Source of the DNA: Bacteroidota bacterium
GTDB taxonomy: Bacteria > Bacteroidota > Bacteroidia > AKYH767-A > 2013-40CM-41-45
Direction: 5' to 3'
Length of the DNA stretch: 64,000 nucleotides
Assembly (NCBI GenBank): GCA_046052345.1
Contig: JBJOMN010000054.1
Coordinates: forward strand, 3,663 to 67,662
Position numbers and translations under genes: made by a program. Below are positions 8,986-18,081 of the stretch, piece after piece; position 1 is the stretch's first letter; each line of letters opens with the position of its first letter. The notes beneath the pieces are model-generated. The model worked only from the letters and a program-made list of their open reading frames with translations. It did not search any database and had not been told where the DNA came from.

Positions 8986-10413
8986 ATGGTATTCAGCAGC
9001 ATCATTTTCCTCCTCTATTTTTTTCCGTTCGTATTCACGGCTTACCGCATATCGCCTGCACGGTTCCGGAATTTCCTGTTGCTATTCGCTTCCCTGGTCT
9101 TCTACGCCTGGGGAGCACCTAAGTTCATTTATCTTCTTTTGCCGCTTACGGCAGTCGATTTCCTCGTCGTGCGGAAGATGTATGCATTGCCTCGTGGCAA
9201 CGCCAAACGGTGGTGGCTGACCGCTTCCATTCTGATCAATATGGGAATACTGGCATATTTCAAGTATGCCAATTTTTTCATCGATAATGTGAATATGCTG
9301 CTTCATTCGGCAGGATTCAGGGAAGTGGGTTGGACTGAAGTGGCTCTTCCCATCGGTATATCCTTTTTCTGCTTCGAGACACTCACCTATTCCATCGACG
9401 CCTACAGAGGAGTCATACGTCCTCTTGAAAAGCTAAGCGATTATTACCTGTATATTTTCTTTTTCCCGAAGCTCATCGCAGGCCCCATCGTTCGCTTCAA
9501 CCTCATCGAAAACCAGATGCAGGCCGGAGACAGGGTCACCACGAACGACGATATACTGCTCGGTTTCTGGCGCTTCATGCTCGGTCTTGCCAAGAAGGTG
9601 CTTATCGCCAACGTCATGGCCGAAAAGGCCGACCTGTATCTTGACGGTGATTTGGACGGCCTCAATGCGACCACTGCCTGGATCGGCATGCTTGCCTATA
9701 CGTTCCAGATCTATTTCGACTTCTCGGGCTATTCCGACATGGCTCTGGGCATGAGCAGGATGTTGGGATTCCGCCTTCCGGAGAATTTCGACAATCCCTA
9801 CACTTCGAAAAGCATCAGTGAGTTCTGGCGCCGGTGGCATATGACCTTGGGCGGCTGGATGAAAGAATACCTCTATATCCCGTTGGGAGGGAATAAGGTT
9901 GATTCAAGATGGAGGTTGTACTTCAACCTCTGGGTTGTGTTCCTGATCAGCGGACTTTGGCACGGTGCTTCTTGGAACTTCGTAATCTGGGGAGCTTTTC
10001 ACGGTATTTTCCTCGTCCTAGATCGCTTATTCCTACTTAAATTCCTGGGGAGGATCGGTCCAGTATTTTCGAACATATTCACCTTTTTCATAGTCCTGTT
10101 GGGATGGGTCTTTTTCAGGATGGAGACATTCTCGGAGGCGTTGACCGTGATCCGTGCCATGGCTACGTTCGACTTCGGTTCCTTCGGTGCGTACGAGAAC
10201 CGGGAGTTCCTCCTTGTTATGTCATTGGCGGTGCTGTTCTCCTTCTTCACCGCATTCCGGCAGGGTCGGAGGATTCAGGATCTTGTTTACTATACGGTCT
10301 ATTCACCCCGCACTTCGCTGTTGGTGACTGCGCTGTCCGTCATACTGTTCATACTATGTGTAGGCAGGATCACCTCCTCCGGTTTCAATCCGTTCATCTA
10401 TTACAGGTTCTGA
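8986..10413 (+). CDS. MBOAT-family membrane O-acyltransferase (AlgI/PatA-like)
   Basis: N-terminus MVFSSIIFLLYFFPF..LLLFASLVFYAWG, then WHMTLGGWMKEYLYIPLGGNK and WHGASWNFVIWGAFHG. Multi-TM. Confidence 0.9.
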   Translation: MVFSSIIFLLYFFPFVFTAYRISPARFRNFLLLFASLVFYAWGAPKFIYLLLPLTAVDFLVVRKMYALPRGNAKRWWLTASILINMGILAYFKYANFFIDNVNMLLHSAGFREVGWTEVALPIGISFFCFETLTYSIDAYRGVIRPLEKLSDYYLYIFFFPKLIAGPIVRFNLIENQMQAGDRVTTNDDILLGFWRFMLGLAKKVLIANVMAEKADLYLDGDLDGLNATTAWIGMLAYTFQIYFDFSGYSDMALGMSRMLGFRLPENFDNPYTSKSISEFWRRWHMTLGGWMKEYLYIPLGGNKVDSRWRLYFNLWVVFLISGLWHGASWNFVIWGAFHGIFLVLDRLFLLKFLGRIGPVFSNIFTFFIVLLGWVFFRMETFSEALTVIRAMATFDFGSFGAYENREFLLVMSLAVLFSFFTAFRQGRRIQDLVYYTVYSPRTSLLVTALSVILFILCVGRITSSGFNPFIYYRF

Positions 10414-10417
10414 GCCC

Positions 10418-11719
10418 ATGAGAAGCGAACGTCTGAAACTGCTGTCGGTCATTCTGATCCACGTACTGCTCATCGCTCCGTACATCCAGAACAGGACAAG
10501 GATATTCGACATAGAGCCTCTGAAAGGAGCTATAAAGAAAGTCGAGCGTGTATACATCAGTGTCAAAGGATGGCACGACGAATCTTACCAGAAGGGCAAG
10601 GAGGCGTTCCTGAACCAGGAGTTCGGCTTCCGGAATACGCTCGTCAGGATCAACAATCAGGTTTACTATTCCTTGCTCCGTCAGGCCAAGGCGAATGGAG
10701 TCATCATCGGCAAGGAGGGTTATCTCTTCGAGGAAAGTTATATCGAGGATTATTACGGAATGAATTTTATCGGACAGGAGAGGGTCGATGAAACGGTGGC
10801 ACGTCTGGTTGCCGTCGACAGTGTTTTCCGACGTCTCGGCAAGACCCTTCTGGTGGTTTTCGCTCCCGGCAAGGCTTCCTTCTACCCGGAGTTTATTCCC
10901 GACAGGTACGGACGTGTCAATGATTCCACCAATTTTAAGATGTACCGTAAGGCGATCGCTGCCTCCGGGATCCGATTCATCGATTTCAATGCATGGTTCA
11001 ATTCCATGAAATCTTCCTCGCCGTATCTGCTTTATCCGAAGACAGGCATCCACTGGAGCGATTACGGTGCGGTCCTGGCCATCGACTCGGTGAACCGGTA
11101 TCTTGCCAGGGAACGTGGTTTCGATCCGGTGGAAGTATTCTGGACGGAGTTCTGCCAAAAGGATAGTGTCAGCAGGATCGATGCCGATATCGAAAATGGC
11201 ATGAATATCCTATGCAGCATCGAAAAGCCCCGGTTGCGATATCCGATCCTTCAGTACTTTGAAGAGGGACGGGACAAGATAAAGCTGCTGAACATCGGCG
11301 ACAGTTTCTTCTGGAACATCTTCGGACAGGATATATGCAGACGCTTTTTCGATACTGCCAGTTTCGGATTCTATTTCCGAGAGATCCATTCACCGTACCT
11401 GAACGGAATCGTGGACCGGGACCAGGTGGACGTAAAGTCATTGATCGATCGGCACGACGTGGTCATGCTGATGAATACCGAGGCCACTATGCTGAATTTC
11501 CCGTTCGAGTTCGATAAGATCGCCTACGATCTTTACTGTACCGAGCTGTCCGATACCGCTTTGTACAATCGGAAACTTTCGGAGATAAAGAACCAGATCA
11601 TGACGAATCCGTCATGGTTGAAAAGTATCCGGGAGAAAGCGATTCAGCTAAACAAGCCGTTGGCCGAAGTGATTCAGACCGATGCGCTTTTCATGTTACA
11701 CTCGCAGCGGAAGAAGTAA
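10418..11719 (+). CDS. AlgX/AlgJ-like (PatB/DltD-like) SGNH-type O-acetyltransferase partner of the MBOAT
   Basis: 433 aa with an N-terminal signal/anchor and a 4-nt gap after the MBOAT. Contains an HW-containing block (KTGIHWSDYG) typical of the AlgX/AlgJ family. Family assignment is by pattern only. Confidence 0.55.
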   Translation: MRSERLKLLSVILIHVLLIAPYIQNRTRIFDIEPLKGAIKKVERVYISVKGWHDESYQKGKEAFLNQEFGFRNTLVRINNQVYYSLLRQAKANGVIIGKEGYLFEESYIEDYYGMNFIGQERVDETVARLVAVDSVFRRLGKTLLVVFAPGKASFYPEFIPDRYGRVNDSTNFKMYRKAIAASGIRFIDFNAWFNSMKSSSPYLLYPKTGIHWSDYGAVLAIDSVNRYLARERGFDPVEVFWTEFCQKDSVSRIDADIENGMNILCSIEKPRLRYPILQYFEEGRDKIKLLNIGDSFFWNIFGQDICRRFFDTASFGFYFREIHSPYLNGIVDRDQVDVKSLIDRHDVVMLMNTEATMLNFPFEFDKIAYDLYCTELSDTALYNRKLSEIKNQIMTNPSWLKSIREKAIQLNKPLAEVIQTDALFMLHSQRKK

Positions 11720-11721
11720 AG

Positions 11722-12780
11722 CTATCGTTCCGGCCTTTCCAGGAACCTGCTTATATCCGCCTCCTCCGCCAGTGGTTCTCCGTCTACCAGATGGCGGGTG
11801 AGATGATTTGCGAACCATGGGGCAAGTGATCCGCCTTTGCTTCCAAGTCCGTTGAAGATCCAGCAATCCGTTTTTTCGGGATGCTTTCCGATCAAAGGCC
11901 TTCTGCCTTTTACCGCAGGCCGTATCCCTGCCTGATGGCTGATGACCTTGAACGGGACATTGATGGTCCGTGACAGTTTCTCCGACAGCTCTTCTGCGGC
12001 AACAGCCGTGGGAAGCTCATCCAGTTCATGCCAGGAGTAGGTGGATCCTGCCCGGAACTTTCCATTCCCAATCGGGATGATGAACAGACCATTTACGATA
12101 ATCGACTCTTCCGGCAAACCGGCTATCTCCACCGTCAATATTTCGCCTTTTGCCGGATCGAACGGCAGCCGGGACCATAATCTGTTGAATCTTGCACGAT
12201 GTCCTTCGCAGTAGATGATCCGGTCAGCCTCGATACCCAAGGATTGTTTGAGTGATTCGGGTTCGGACAGCAGATGACTATCTATTTCAATGCTTCTGCG
12301 AACGCCCTCTTTTTCCCATTTTTCCTGATGGTGCTTCAGGAAAGCCGGAATATCGAGCCAGCCTCCCTGCTTGACGCGGAATAGTCTCAGACAGGGTCGG
12401 AGTCCGGGGTAATCCTGCGGATTGGCTTCTCCCTCGATGAATCCGCGGAAACCGGGGTCTGCCGAACGCTCGTTCCAGTCGTTGAGGCTTTTGATATCGG
12501 CAACCATCTCAAGGCTGTCCATCGCATGGAAGAACTTCATTCCGCTTTCCTTTTCGATGGAACTGTAGAATGCGTCCGCGAACGGAAAGAGCTTCTCCGC
12601 CATCCAGGTCTTGACGATTCTTCGGCCTGTGATGGGATGAAGGAATCCGGCTGCAATCTTCGAGCTGGAAACTTCAGGATCCGCGTCCACCACCAACACT
12701 GATTTTCCTGCTCGCCGCAGGCAAACCGTGAGGCAGGTTCCCGCCAGTCCTTGTCCGATGACGAGAAAGTCGGTTTTCAT
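11722..12780 (-). CDS. FAD-dependent oxidoreductase (DAO family, MnmC C-terminal-like)
   Basis: Start is placed at MKTDFLVIGQGLAGTCL (dinucleotide-binding GxGxxG). The track ORF extends upstream, but that ATG abuts the stop of the preceding gene. Confidence 0.7.
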   Translation of the reverse strand: MKTDFLVIGQGLAGTCLTVCLRRAGKSVLVVDADPEVSSSKIAAGFLHPITGRRIVKTWMAEKLFPFADAFYSSIEKESGMKFFHAMDSLEMVADIKSLNDWNERSADPGFRGFIEGEANPQDYPGLRPCLRLFRVKQGGWLDIPAFLKHHQEKWEKEGVRRSIEIDSHLLSEPESLKQSLGIEADRIIYCEGHRARFNRLWSRLPFDPAKGEILTVEIAGLPEESIIVNGLFIIPIGNGKFRAGSTYSWHELDELPTAVAAEELSEKLSRTINVPFKVISHQAGIRPAVKGRRPLIGKHPEKTDCWIFNGLGSKGGSLAPWFANHLTRHLVDGEPLAEEADISRFLERPER

Positions 12781-12782
12781 CT

Positions 12783-13667
12783 TCACGGCTTTTCTCCCGT
12801 GTAAACCACAAGTGCCAGCAGACGGCCCGTAGGATCGATCGCTATGCGGTAGAAGTCTTTGACACTCGAACTGAAGTCGGCAACTTGCATCCACTCGGCG
12901 CTTCCCGGCATGGCCTGATAAAGTCGCGCCGATTTTCCCTGCAACAGGGAGCCGTCCTTCAGCACTTCGAAATCCTCGCTGCCGGGAATGCAATTAATGA
13001 CCTTCCGGATCTCTCCCGTAAAAAGATTCATGGTACTGATGACGACCAGGGAATCGTCGGACTTGTCCGTGAAATACAAACGGCTTCGTTCAGGGTCCGT
13101 TTTCAGGCAACGTCCGATTTCAGGAGCGATTCGTTGCCGCTCTCCGCTGCGTATGTTAAGGAGTTGCAGGGAATTCCTTTTTCCTTCCAGGACGAACATG
13201 GCAATCATTGAATCGTTTGTCCACGCGTAGTAGCCGATGGAATCGGAATTGTCCACATGTATGGAAACTCTGGGTTCGTCCAGCGGTAAAACGTAGAAGC
13301 GCTGGCTGCTGTCAGGATCCACCCGTACGACCGAAATGCCTTTTCCGTCCGGAGTAAGCATGGGAGAGTATTCGCTCGTCATGGTGTTGGTGACGCGGGA
13401 GACACGTCGCTCCTTCAGGTCGCACAGGTAGATGTCGGACTGAGTAGTGTCCTTATTGACGGATACGAAATAGAATCTGTTCCCATCCGGTGTGAAGAAA
13501 GGTTGGTTATCGTAGCCCTTTCTACGGGTAAGGTTGACAGGTGCGGAGAAGGTGATTTTTCCGCTGTCATGGGAGACGGTACTCAGGAAGATGTCCGTAT
13601 CAGGTACCTGTCCGGTTACCTGCAGGATCATAAAAGGGAACAACAGTAACAGGAAGTTCTTCTTCAT
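12783..13667 (-). CDS. secreted PD40/TolB-like beta-propeller repeat protein
   Basis: Signal peptide and repeated ..TPDG../..SPDG.. blades (FFTPDGNRFYFVS, YSPMLTPDGKGISVV). 294 aa. Confidence 0.55.
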   Translation of the reverse strand: MKKNFLLLLFPFMILQVTGQVPDTDIFLSTVSHDSGKITFSAPVNLTRRKGYDNQPFFTPDGNRFYFVSVNKDTTQSDIYLCDLKERRVSRVTNTMTSEYSPMLTPDGKGISVVRVDPDSSQRFYVLPLDEPRVSIHVDNSDSIGYYAWTNDSMIAMFVLEGKRNSLQLLNIRSGERQRIAPEIGRCLKTDPERSRLYFTDKSDDSLVVISTMNLFTGEIRKVINCIPGSEDFEVLKDGSLLQGKSARLYQAMPGSAEWMQVADFSSSVKDFYRIAIDPTGRLLALVVYTGEKP

Positions 13668-14335
13668 GGAGTAAGTCTTCTTTCGATCCTGTTTGCCGTC
13701 TTGGGACGCAGGTCGATCGTGAGGTCGAAGGAATCGGTACGGCTGGAAACATAGGTCTCCGTAATGCGGTAGGTCCGGATATGTGCGATGCTGTCGGGGA
13801 TGAATTCAATGGTCTTTACGGAATCCACCGTGCTTCCGAAGTCGAGTCCGCGAGAAAGCGCCTTACGGAATAAGCCCTTCCGTTCCACCAGTTTATAGGT
13901 CGCGGGATTCCCGCTTTTTCTCCATGCCTGTTCCTGCTCCAGATAAATATCGTCTTTTACCGAAAATGTCTTTCCCATGGTATCGGAGTACCTGGTCGTG
14001 AGCAGGAAGTTGACCAGCATGGAAGGGGAGAAGAGGAAAAGCGGGAAGCTGATCGTAAAGACACTGAAATAGAGGCGCAGCGGAAGCGGTGCCTTGATGC
14101 GCCAGGCGAGTCCGGATAAGGATGTTCCGGTACAGATGTACAGCAGGAAATGGAAGTTGTAGCTGCTCTCATCCGTTTGACCGCCGGATGTGACGAGGTA
14201 AAGGCCGGCGAAACAAAGGTGGATGCCGGAAAGAAGAAGGAACCTCCTCAACGGCCAGTGCCTGGCAGTGATCATCAGCACCAATGCCGCAATGGTGGAT
14301 GCGATGTACAGGACGATGGAAAGGTAGAAGACCAT
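13664..14335 (-). CDS. hypothetical membrane protein (N-terminal 4-5 TM, C-terminal soluble domain)
   Basis: 223 aa. Overlaps the next gene by 4 nt (ATGA), implying co-transcription. Confidence 0.5.
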   Translation of the reverse strand: MVFYLSIVLYIASTIAALVLMITARHWPLRRFLLLSGIHLCFAGLYLVTSGGQTDESSYNFHFLLYICTGTSLSGLAWRIKAPLPLRLYFSVFTISFPLFLFSPSMLVNFLLTTRYSDTMGKTFSVKDDIYLEQEQAWRKSGNPATYKLVERKGLFRKALSRGLDFGSTVDSVKTIEFIPDSIAHIRTYRITETYVSSRTDSFDLTIDLRPKTANRIERRLTP

Positions 14336-14370
14336 ACAGACGGTATAAAGCTAACAAAAAGGCGGATGCC

Positions 14371-15075
14371 TTACCGTATGGCGTTATCGATGAGCCTGAA
14401 ACCTTTTCCGTGTACGTTGATGATATCGAGCTTCGGGTCTTCCTTCAGGTACTTGCGGAGCTTGGTGATGAAGACATCCATGCTGCGTGCATTGAAATAA
14501 TTGTCATCTCCCCAGATATCGATCAGCGCTTTTTGCCTGGGCAACAGTTCATTCTTGTAGATGCATAGCATCCGGAGCAGGTCCGCCTCTTTCGGGGAAA
14601 GTTTGTTCGAAAGGTTGCCGTCACTGATGAGGCGGTGGTCGTAATTGAAATGGAATTTGCCTACCGTGAATTCCTTTTGCGTGAGATCCGGTGTACGGTC
14701 CTGGCTTCTTTTGAGGATGGCCTTGATCTTATAGATCAATACCTCGGAATCGAAAGGCTTGGTGATGTAGTCGTCCGCTCCCACCTGGAAACCCGAAAGC
14801 ATGTCCTCTTTCATGGTTTTTGCTGTGAGGAAAATGATCGGTATTCCTGAATCTTTTTCCCGGATTTCCTTCGCGAGCGTGAATCCGTCCTTTTTGGGCA
14901 TCATCACGTCAAGCAGACAGATATCGAACGCCGCCGAAAGGAAACGGTCGTACGCTTCGTTTCCGTCCACCGCCAGGGTGACATCGTATTCGTTCAGTTC
15001 GAGATAATTCTTCAGTACGGAACCGAAGTTGGGGTCGTCCTCTGCCAGGAGGATGCGAAATTTCCTGTTGGTCAT
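14371..15075 (-). CDS. OmpR-family response regulator (RprY-like)
   Basis: Receiver domain (ILLAEDDPNFG, LLDVMMP) plus a winged-helix C-terminus. Overlaps the kinase by 4 nt. Confidence 0.9.
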   Translation of the reverse strand: MTNRKFRILLAEDDPNFGSVLKNYLELNEYDVTLAVDGNEAYDRFLSAAFDICLLDVMMPKKDGFTLAKEIREKDSGIPIIFLTAKTMKEDMLSGFQVGADDYITKPFDSEVLIYKIKAILKRSQDRTPDLTQKEFTVGKFHFNYDHRLISDGNLSNKLSPKEADLLRMLCIYKNELLPRQKALIDIWGDDNYFNARSMDVFITKLRKYLKEDPKLDIINVHGKGFRLIDNAIR

Positions 15076-16718
15076 GATGCTTTGGGATGAACGGTGGGAA
15101 GATGGAACTCGAAGGTGCTACCCTTGCCGGGCTCACTGGAGACGCGGATCCAGCCCCCGTGCTCCTTGAGAAGGATGTCGACATAGGAAAGGCCTAGTCC
15201 GAATCCTTTGACGTTGTGGATGTTTCCGGTCGGGACCCGGTAGAATTTTTCGAAGATGCGTTTCTGGTGTTCTTTGGTCATGCCGACGCCTTTGTCGGAT
15301 ACCTTCACAAGGATTCCCCCGCCGGGTATGGAAACCGTTTCGATCCTGATCTCAGGAGCCTCGGGAGAATATTTATTCGCGTTCTCCAGGAGATTGATGA
15401 TGATGTTGGAGAGATGCACAGGATCTCCGTAAACAGTTCTGTCATGGGCGCGAAGGTCCGTCTCGATGAACCCTTTACGGTTTTCCACCTGCAGAAGCAT
15501 GTGTTCGACGGAGAGCCGGATCAGATCGTGCAGGTCGACATTCTCTTTGTTCAGCCGTATTTCGCCTTTGTCGATCTGGGCCATCTGAAGCACCCGTTCG
15601 ACCTGGTTGTTCATCCGCTTGTTCTCCTCGCGGATGATTTTGGTGAAGTAGTCGAATTTTTCCGGGTCGCTTGCAGCCTTCGGAGTGCGCAGGGAGTCAA
15701 CGGCCAGTGAAATGGTGGCCAACGGCGTCTTGAACTCGTGCGTCATGTTGTTGATGAAATCCGATTTTATCTCGGAGATCTTCTTCTGACGAAGTATGAC
15801 CGATATGGTGTAGGCGAAGCCGAATATGATGATAAAGGTGAGCAAGGTGGAGCTTACAAGCATCCAGCCCATGGTGCTGAGGAAATAACCGAAAGTTTCC
15901 GGGAACGAAACTACCAGATAATCAGGACGGGCCACCATGTCATGGGGAAACAGCACGACCCTGTACGGTGAGCCGAGGAGGGAAGTGTCCCGGCTCTCAC
16001 GGTCGGAGGCGAGTATTTTTCCGTCTGACGGATTCACCACGCAGTAGTTGAAATCCAGATCGATCCGGTGATTGCGCAACTCCGCATGAAGCATGGAATC
16101 GAGGTCCGCCTTCTGCAGTCTCCTCCGTACATCTTCATCGCTTCCCACGAATTCGATAGCCATTTTCTTCATGACCTCGTTGAGCTTTGAAAGACGTGCC
16201 TTGATGCGCTCTTCGTTCTGTCGGATGACGATTTCCGCGGAATCCCCGTAGACGCGGGTTATTTGCGAGGAGCGTATCATCCGTCTGGAAACGGAGTCCG
16301 TCTTGATGATGTTTCGACGCTGGACTCTCAGGTAATTGTCAGGGGTTGCCGGATGAAGCATCACCTGCTGACGACGGTCGTCTCGATTTTCGAATTTATC
16401 CGGATTTTCAAATCCCCCCTCCTGCAAAGTCAACAGAGTGTCCCGGATTTCAAAAACATCTGCATCGGCGGTGTCTGTGAGCATCATTTCGGAAATCGAA
16501 TCCGGATTGATACCGAACAGACGGTTGTGAAGCAGACTTGCGGCTTCGTGGGTTTCAATACGGTCTACCACGTCCGAAAGCGCCTGATTGACAGACTGAT
16601 CAAACTGCTGGTCCTTCAGCCTGAAATCGTGCACCAGCCATTTGACCTGCAGCAGGATGATTCCCGCCAACGCAGCGGTCATCACAACGATGATGATGCG
16701 AATTCTGCGTTTTTCCAT
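15072..16718 (-). CDS. sensor histidine kinase (RprX-like)
   Basis: N-terminal TM, periplasmic region, second TM, HisKA (MTHEFKTPLATI) and HATPase_c (GFGLGLSYVDILLKEHGG). Confidence 0.9.
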   Translation of the reverse strand: MEKRRIRIIIVVMTAALAGIILLQVKWLVHDFRLKDQQFDQSVNQALSDVVDRIETHEAASLLHNRLFGINPDSISEMMLTDTADADVFEIRDTLLTLQEGGFENPDKFENRDDRRQQVMLHPATPDNYLRVQRRNIIKTDSVSRRMIRSSQITRVYGDSAEIVIRQNEERIKARLSKLNEVMKKMAIEFVGSDEDVRRRLQKADLDSMLHAELRNHRIDLDFNYCVVNPSDGKILASDRESRDTSLLGSPYRVVLFPHDMVARPDYLVVSFPETFGYFLSTMGWMLVSSTLLTFIIIFGFAYTISVILRQKKISEIKSDFINNMTHEFKTPLATISLAVDSLRTPKAASDPEKFDYFTKIIREENKRMNNQVERVLQMAQIDKGEIRLNKENVDLHDLIRLSVEHMLLQVENRKGFIETDLRAHDRTVYGDPVHLSNIIINLLENANKYSPEAPEIRIETVSIPGGGILVKVSDKGVGMTKEHQKRIFEKFYRVPTGNIHNVKGFGLGLSYVDILLKEHGGWIRVSSEPGKGSTFEFHLPTVHPKAS

Positions 16719-16758
16719 GATATGTAAAGGTACGGACCCGGCAGGAGGTCATCGGGAC

Positions 16759-16797
16759 TTTAACCAATCTTTAACACTGGTTAACCGCACTTTAACC
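16759..16797. promoter_or_regulatory. array of four TTAAC direct repeats at 11, 11 and 10 bp spacing between the kinase promoter and the divergent micro-ORF
   Basis: gacTTTAACcaatcTTTAACactggTTAACCgcacTTTAACCtc. The phasing is one helical turn, which is typical of OmpR-family binding sites. Lies 41-80 bp upstream of the kinase start codon. Confidence 0.35.
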
Positions 16798-16844
16798 TCT
16801 TCCGACGGCCTGCCCCGATATCTTCGGCTTTGAGTTCGAATACT

Positions 16845-16937
16845 ATGTTGAAAGAGAAAGAAATCGAGCATTACGTGTCCCTGGTCATCCTGTTGGTTGC
16901 CGGAGCCCTGTTCGGCACGGTCATTGCTCTTGTCTGA
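16845..16937 (+). CDS. 30-aa single-TM micro-protein (MLKEKEIEHYVSLVILLVAGALFGTVIALV)
   Basis: ATG-initiated 93-nt ORF with a charged N-terminus and a hydrophobic helix. Followed by a GC hairpin (16940-16961) and an intrinsic terminator. Below the 60-aa track cutoff. Confidence 0.35.
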   Translation: MLKEKEIEHYVSLVILLVAGALFGTVIALV

Positions 16938-16997
16938 TTGCCGCCGTTATTCTGCGGCGGCGATCGGTTCCTGTTTTTGGTTGTATGGTTTGTATGG

Positions 16998-17025
16998 ATG
17001 CCCCTTCGGGGGCATTCATTTTTCT
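16998..17025 (+). terminator. intrinsic terminator (ATGCCCC-TTCG-GGGGCAT then TCATTTTTCTC) after the micro-ORF
   Basis: Perfect 7-bp GC-rich stem, tetraloop, and a T-run on the plus strand only. The T-run overlaps the DinB-like stop. Confidence 0.45.
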
Positions 17026-17576
17026 CGGAAGTCTGAGGAATGCAGCACCTTGTCTGCCTGCTGGAGATGCCGGCGTGTATGCACTTGGAACAGCACGATG
17101 GCATCGTTCACCCGGAGGGTGATCAGCGGCGCTACCGGCGACCGAATGACCTTTTCTTCGGCTCCGGCCTCTTCGAGCTTGCGGCAAAGTTCATCCAGCC
17201 TCTCCCAGTGTGCAAGAATACGGTCCCTGATGGCTGAGGGTATGAGCTGCCGTGTAGGCAAGAACAGCCGGGGCGACTTGAAACGGCGGGTTGTTTCGGT
17301 GCCAAGTTGCAAAATCATGCTTTTACCGGTCGAGCGTGTAAAAGGCGAATGCTTTTCCCAGAAAGTGGATCGATGATCCTTTTCAAGCAGGCGCTCCAAA
17401 GCGGGGAAATAGGATTCGTCAGAAAGCAGGATGTGTTGCAGGCATTGCGCGATACTCCATGCCCCCGGTGCCGGACAACGGTTCAGCTGCGCTTCACTCA
17501 GCGCCTTGTAGGGCTCGATCCGAGGGGCGAATTCGCGGGAAAAGTTCGCGGGAGGGGCTACTTTTTCAGGTGCCAT
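17016..17576 (-). CDS. DinB/YfiT-like (DinB_2) metal-dependent hydrolase-fold protein
   Basis: 186 aa with His-containing motifs (AQCLQH, HTRRH) typical of the DinB_2 four-helix bundle. Confidence 0.55.
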   Translation of the reverse strand: MAPEKVAPPANFSREFAPRIEPYKALSEAQLNRCPAPGAWSIAQCLQHILLSDESYFPALERLLEKDHRSTFWEKHSPFTRSTGKSMILQLGTETTRRFKSPRLFLPTRQLIPSAIRDRILAHWERLDELCRKLEEAGAEEKVIRSPVAPLITLRVNDAIVLFQVHTRRHLQQADKVLHSSDFREK

Positions 17577-17589
17577 CGGGAACAGCAGG

Positions 17590-18081
17590 TTAAAAGAGGG
17601 ACCGCAACTGTTTGCCGTCGAATTGCTGCCGTGTATCGAAGTCGATCCGTTTGGAAAGCAGGGATTTGCTTGCTACGGACTTTCCGCGGACGCGGATCTC
17701 CAGCGGTCGTCCGCCGAAGAAGGCCTCGAGCCCCGAAGGAAGTAGTTTGAGCAGATCGGACGCAGCGACATTGAATTCGCAGCTGGCCACGGCTTCGGAG
17801 GTGGCATCCATCCGGACTGTGCCGGATTGTAACGCTTTCCCCAGCAATCGGTCATTGATGAAGACTTCGGCTTCCGTATTGCCGACACGGAAGCCGAATG
17901 TGTTCGGATTGAATAGCACGACATCAAATCGTATGTCCGCCTTTCCTTCGTTGCGGACGATCCTGAAATCGCGCAAGGATCGGAATTCGACATCCTTCAC
18001 TTCCTTGCAGGAGGTAAGCGCCAAAGAAAAAAGCAGCGTGGTCGACACCGCTGCTTTCATGAAGCCCGATACGAAAGTCAT
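17590..18081 (-). CDS. LEA_2/WHy-like lipoprotein
   Basis: Lipobox LALTSC, 163 aa, beta-rich and resembling the late-embryogenesis-abundant type 2 fold. Overlaps comA by 4 nt. Confidence 0.45.
   Translation of the reverse strand: MTFVSGFMKAAVSTTLLFSLALTSCKEVKDVEFRSLRDFRIVRNEGKADIRFDVVLFNPNTFGFRVGNTEAEVFINDRLLGKALQSGTVRMDATSEAVASCEFNVAASDLLKLLPSGLEAFFGGRPLEIRVRGKSVASKSLLSKRIDFDTRQQFDGKQLRSLF

Noticed and set aside
10394-11158. 254-aa minus-strand ORF
   Set aside because: It is antisense to the AlgX/AlgJ-like gene, which is translationally coupled to the MBOAT gene. The antisense product has no recognisable features.
16820-16850. GTTCGAATAC resembling a tRNA T-arm
   Set aside because: No acceptor stem, anticodon arm or CCA-compatible 3' end could be built around it. 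Not a tRNA.
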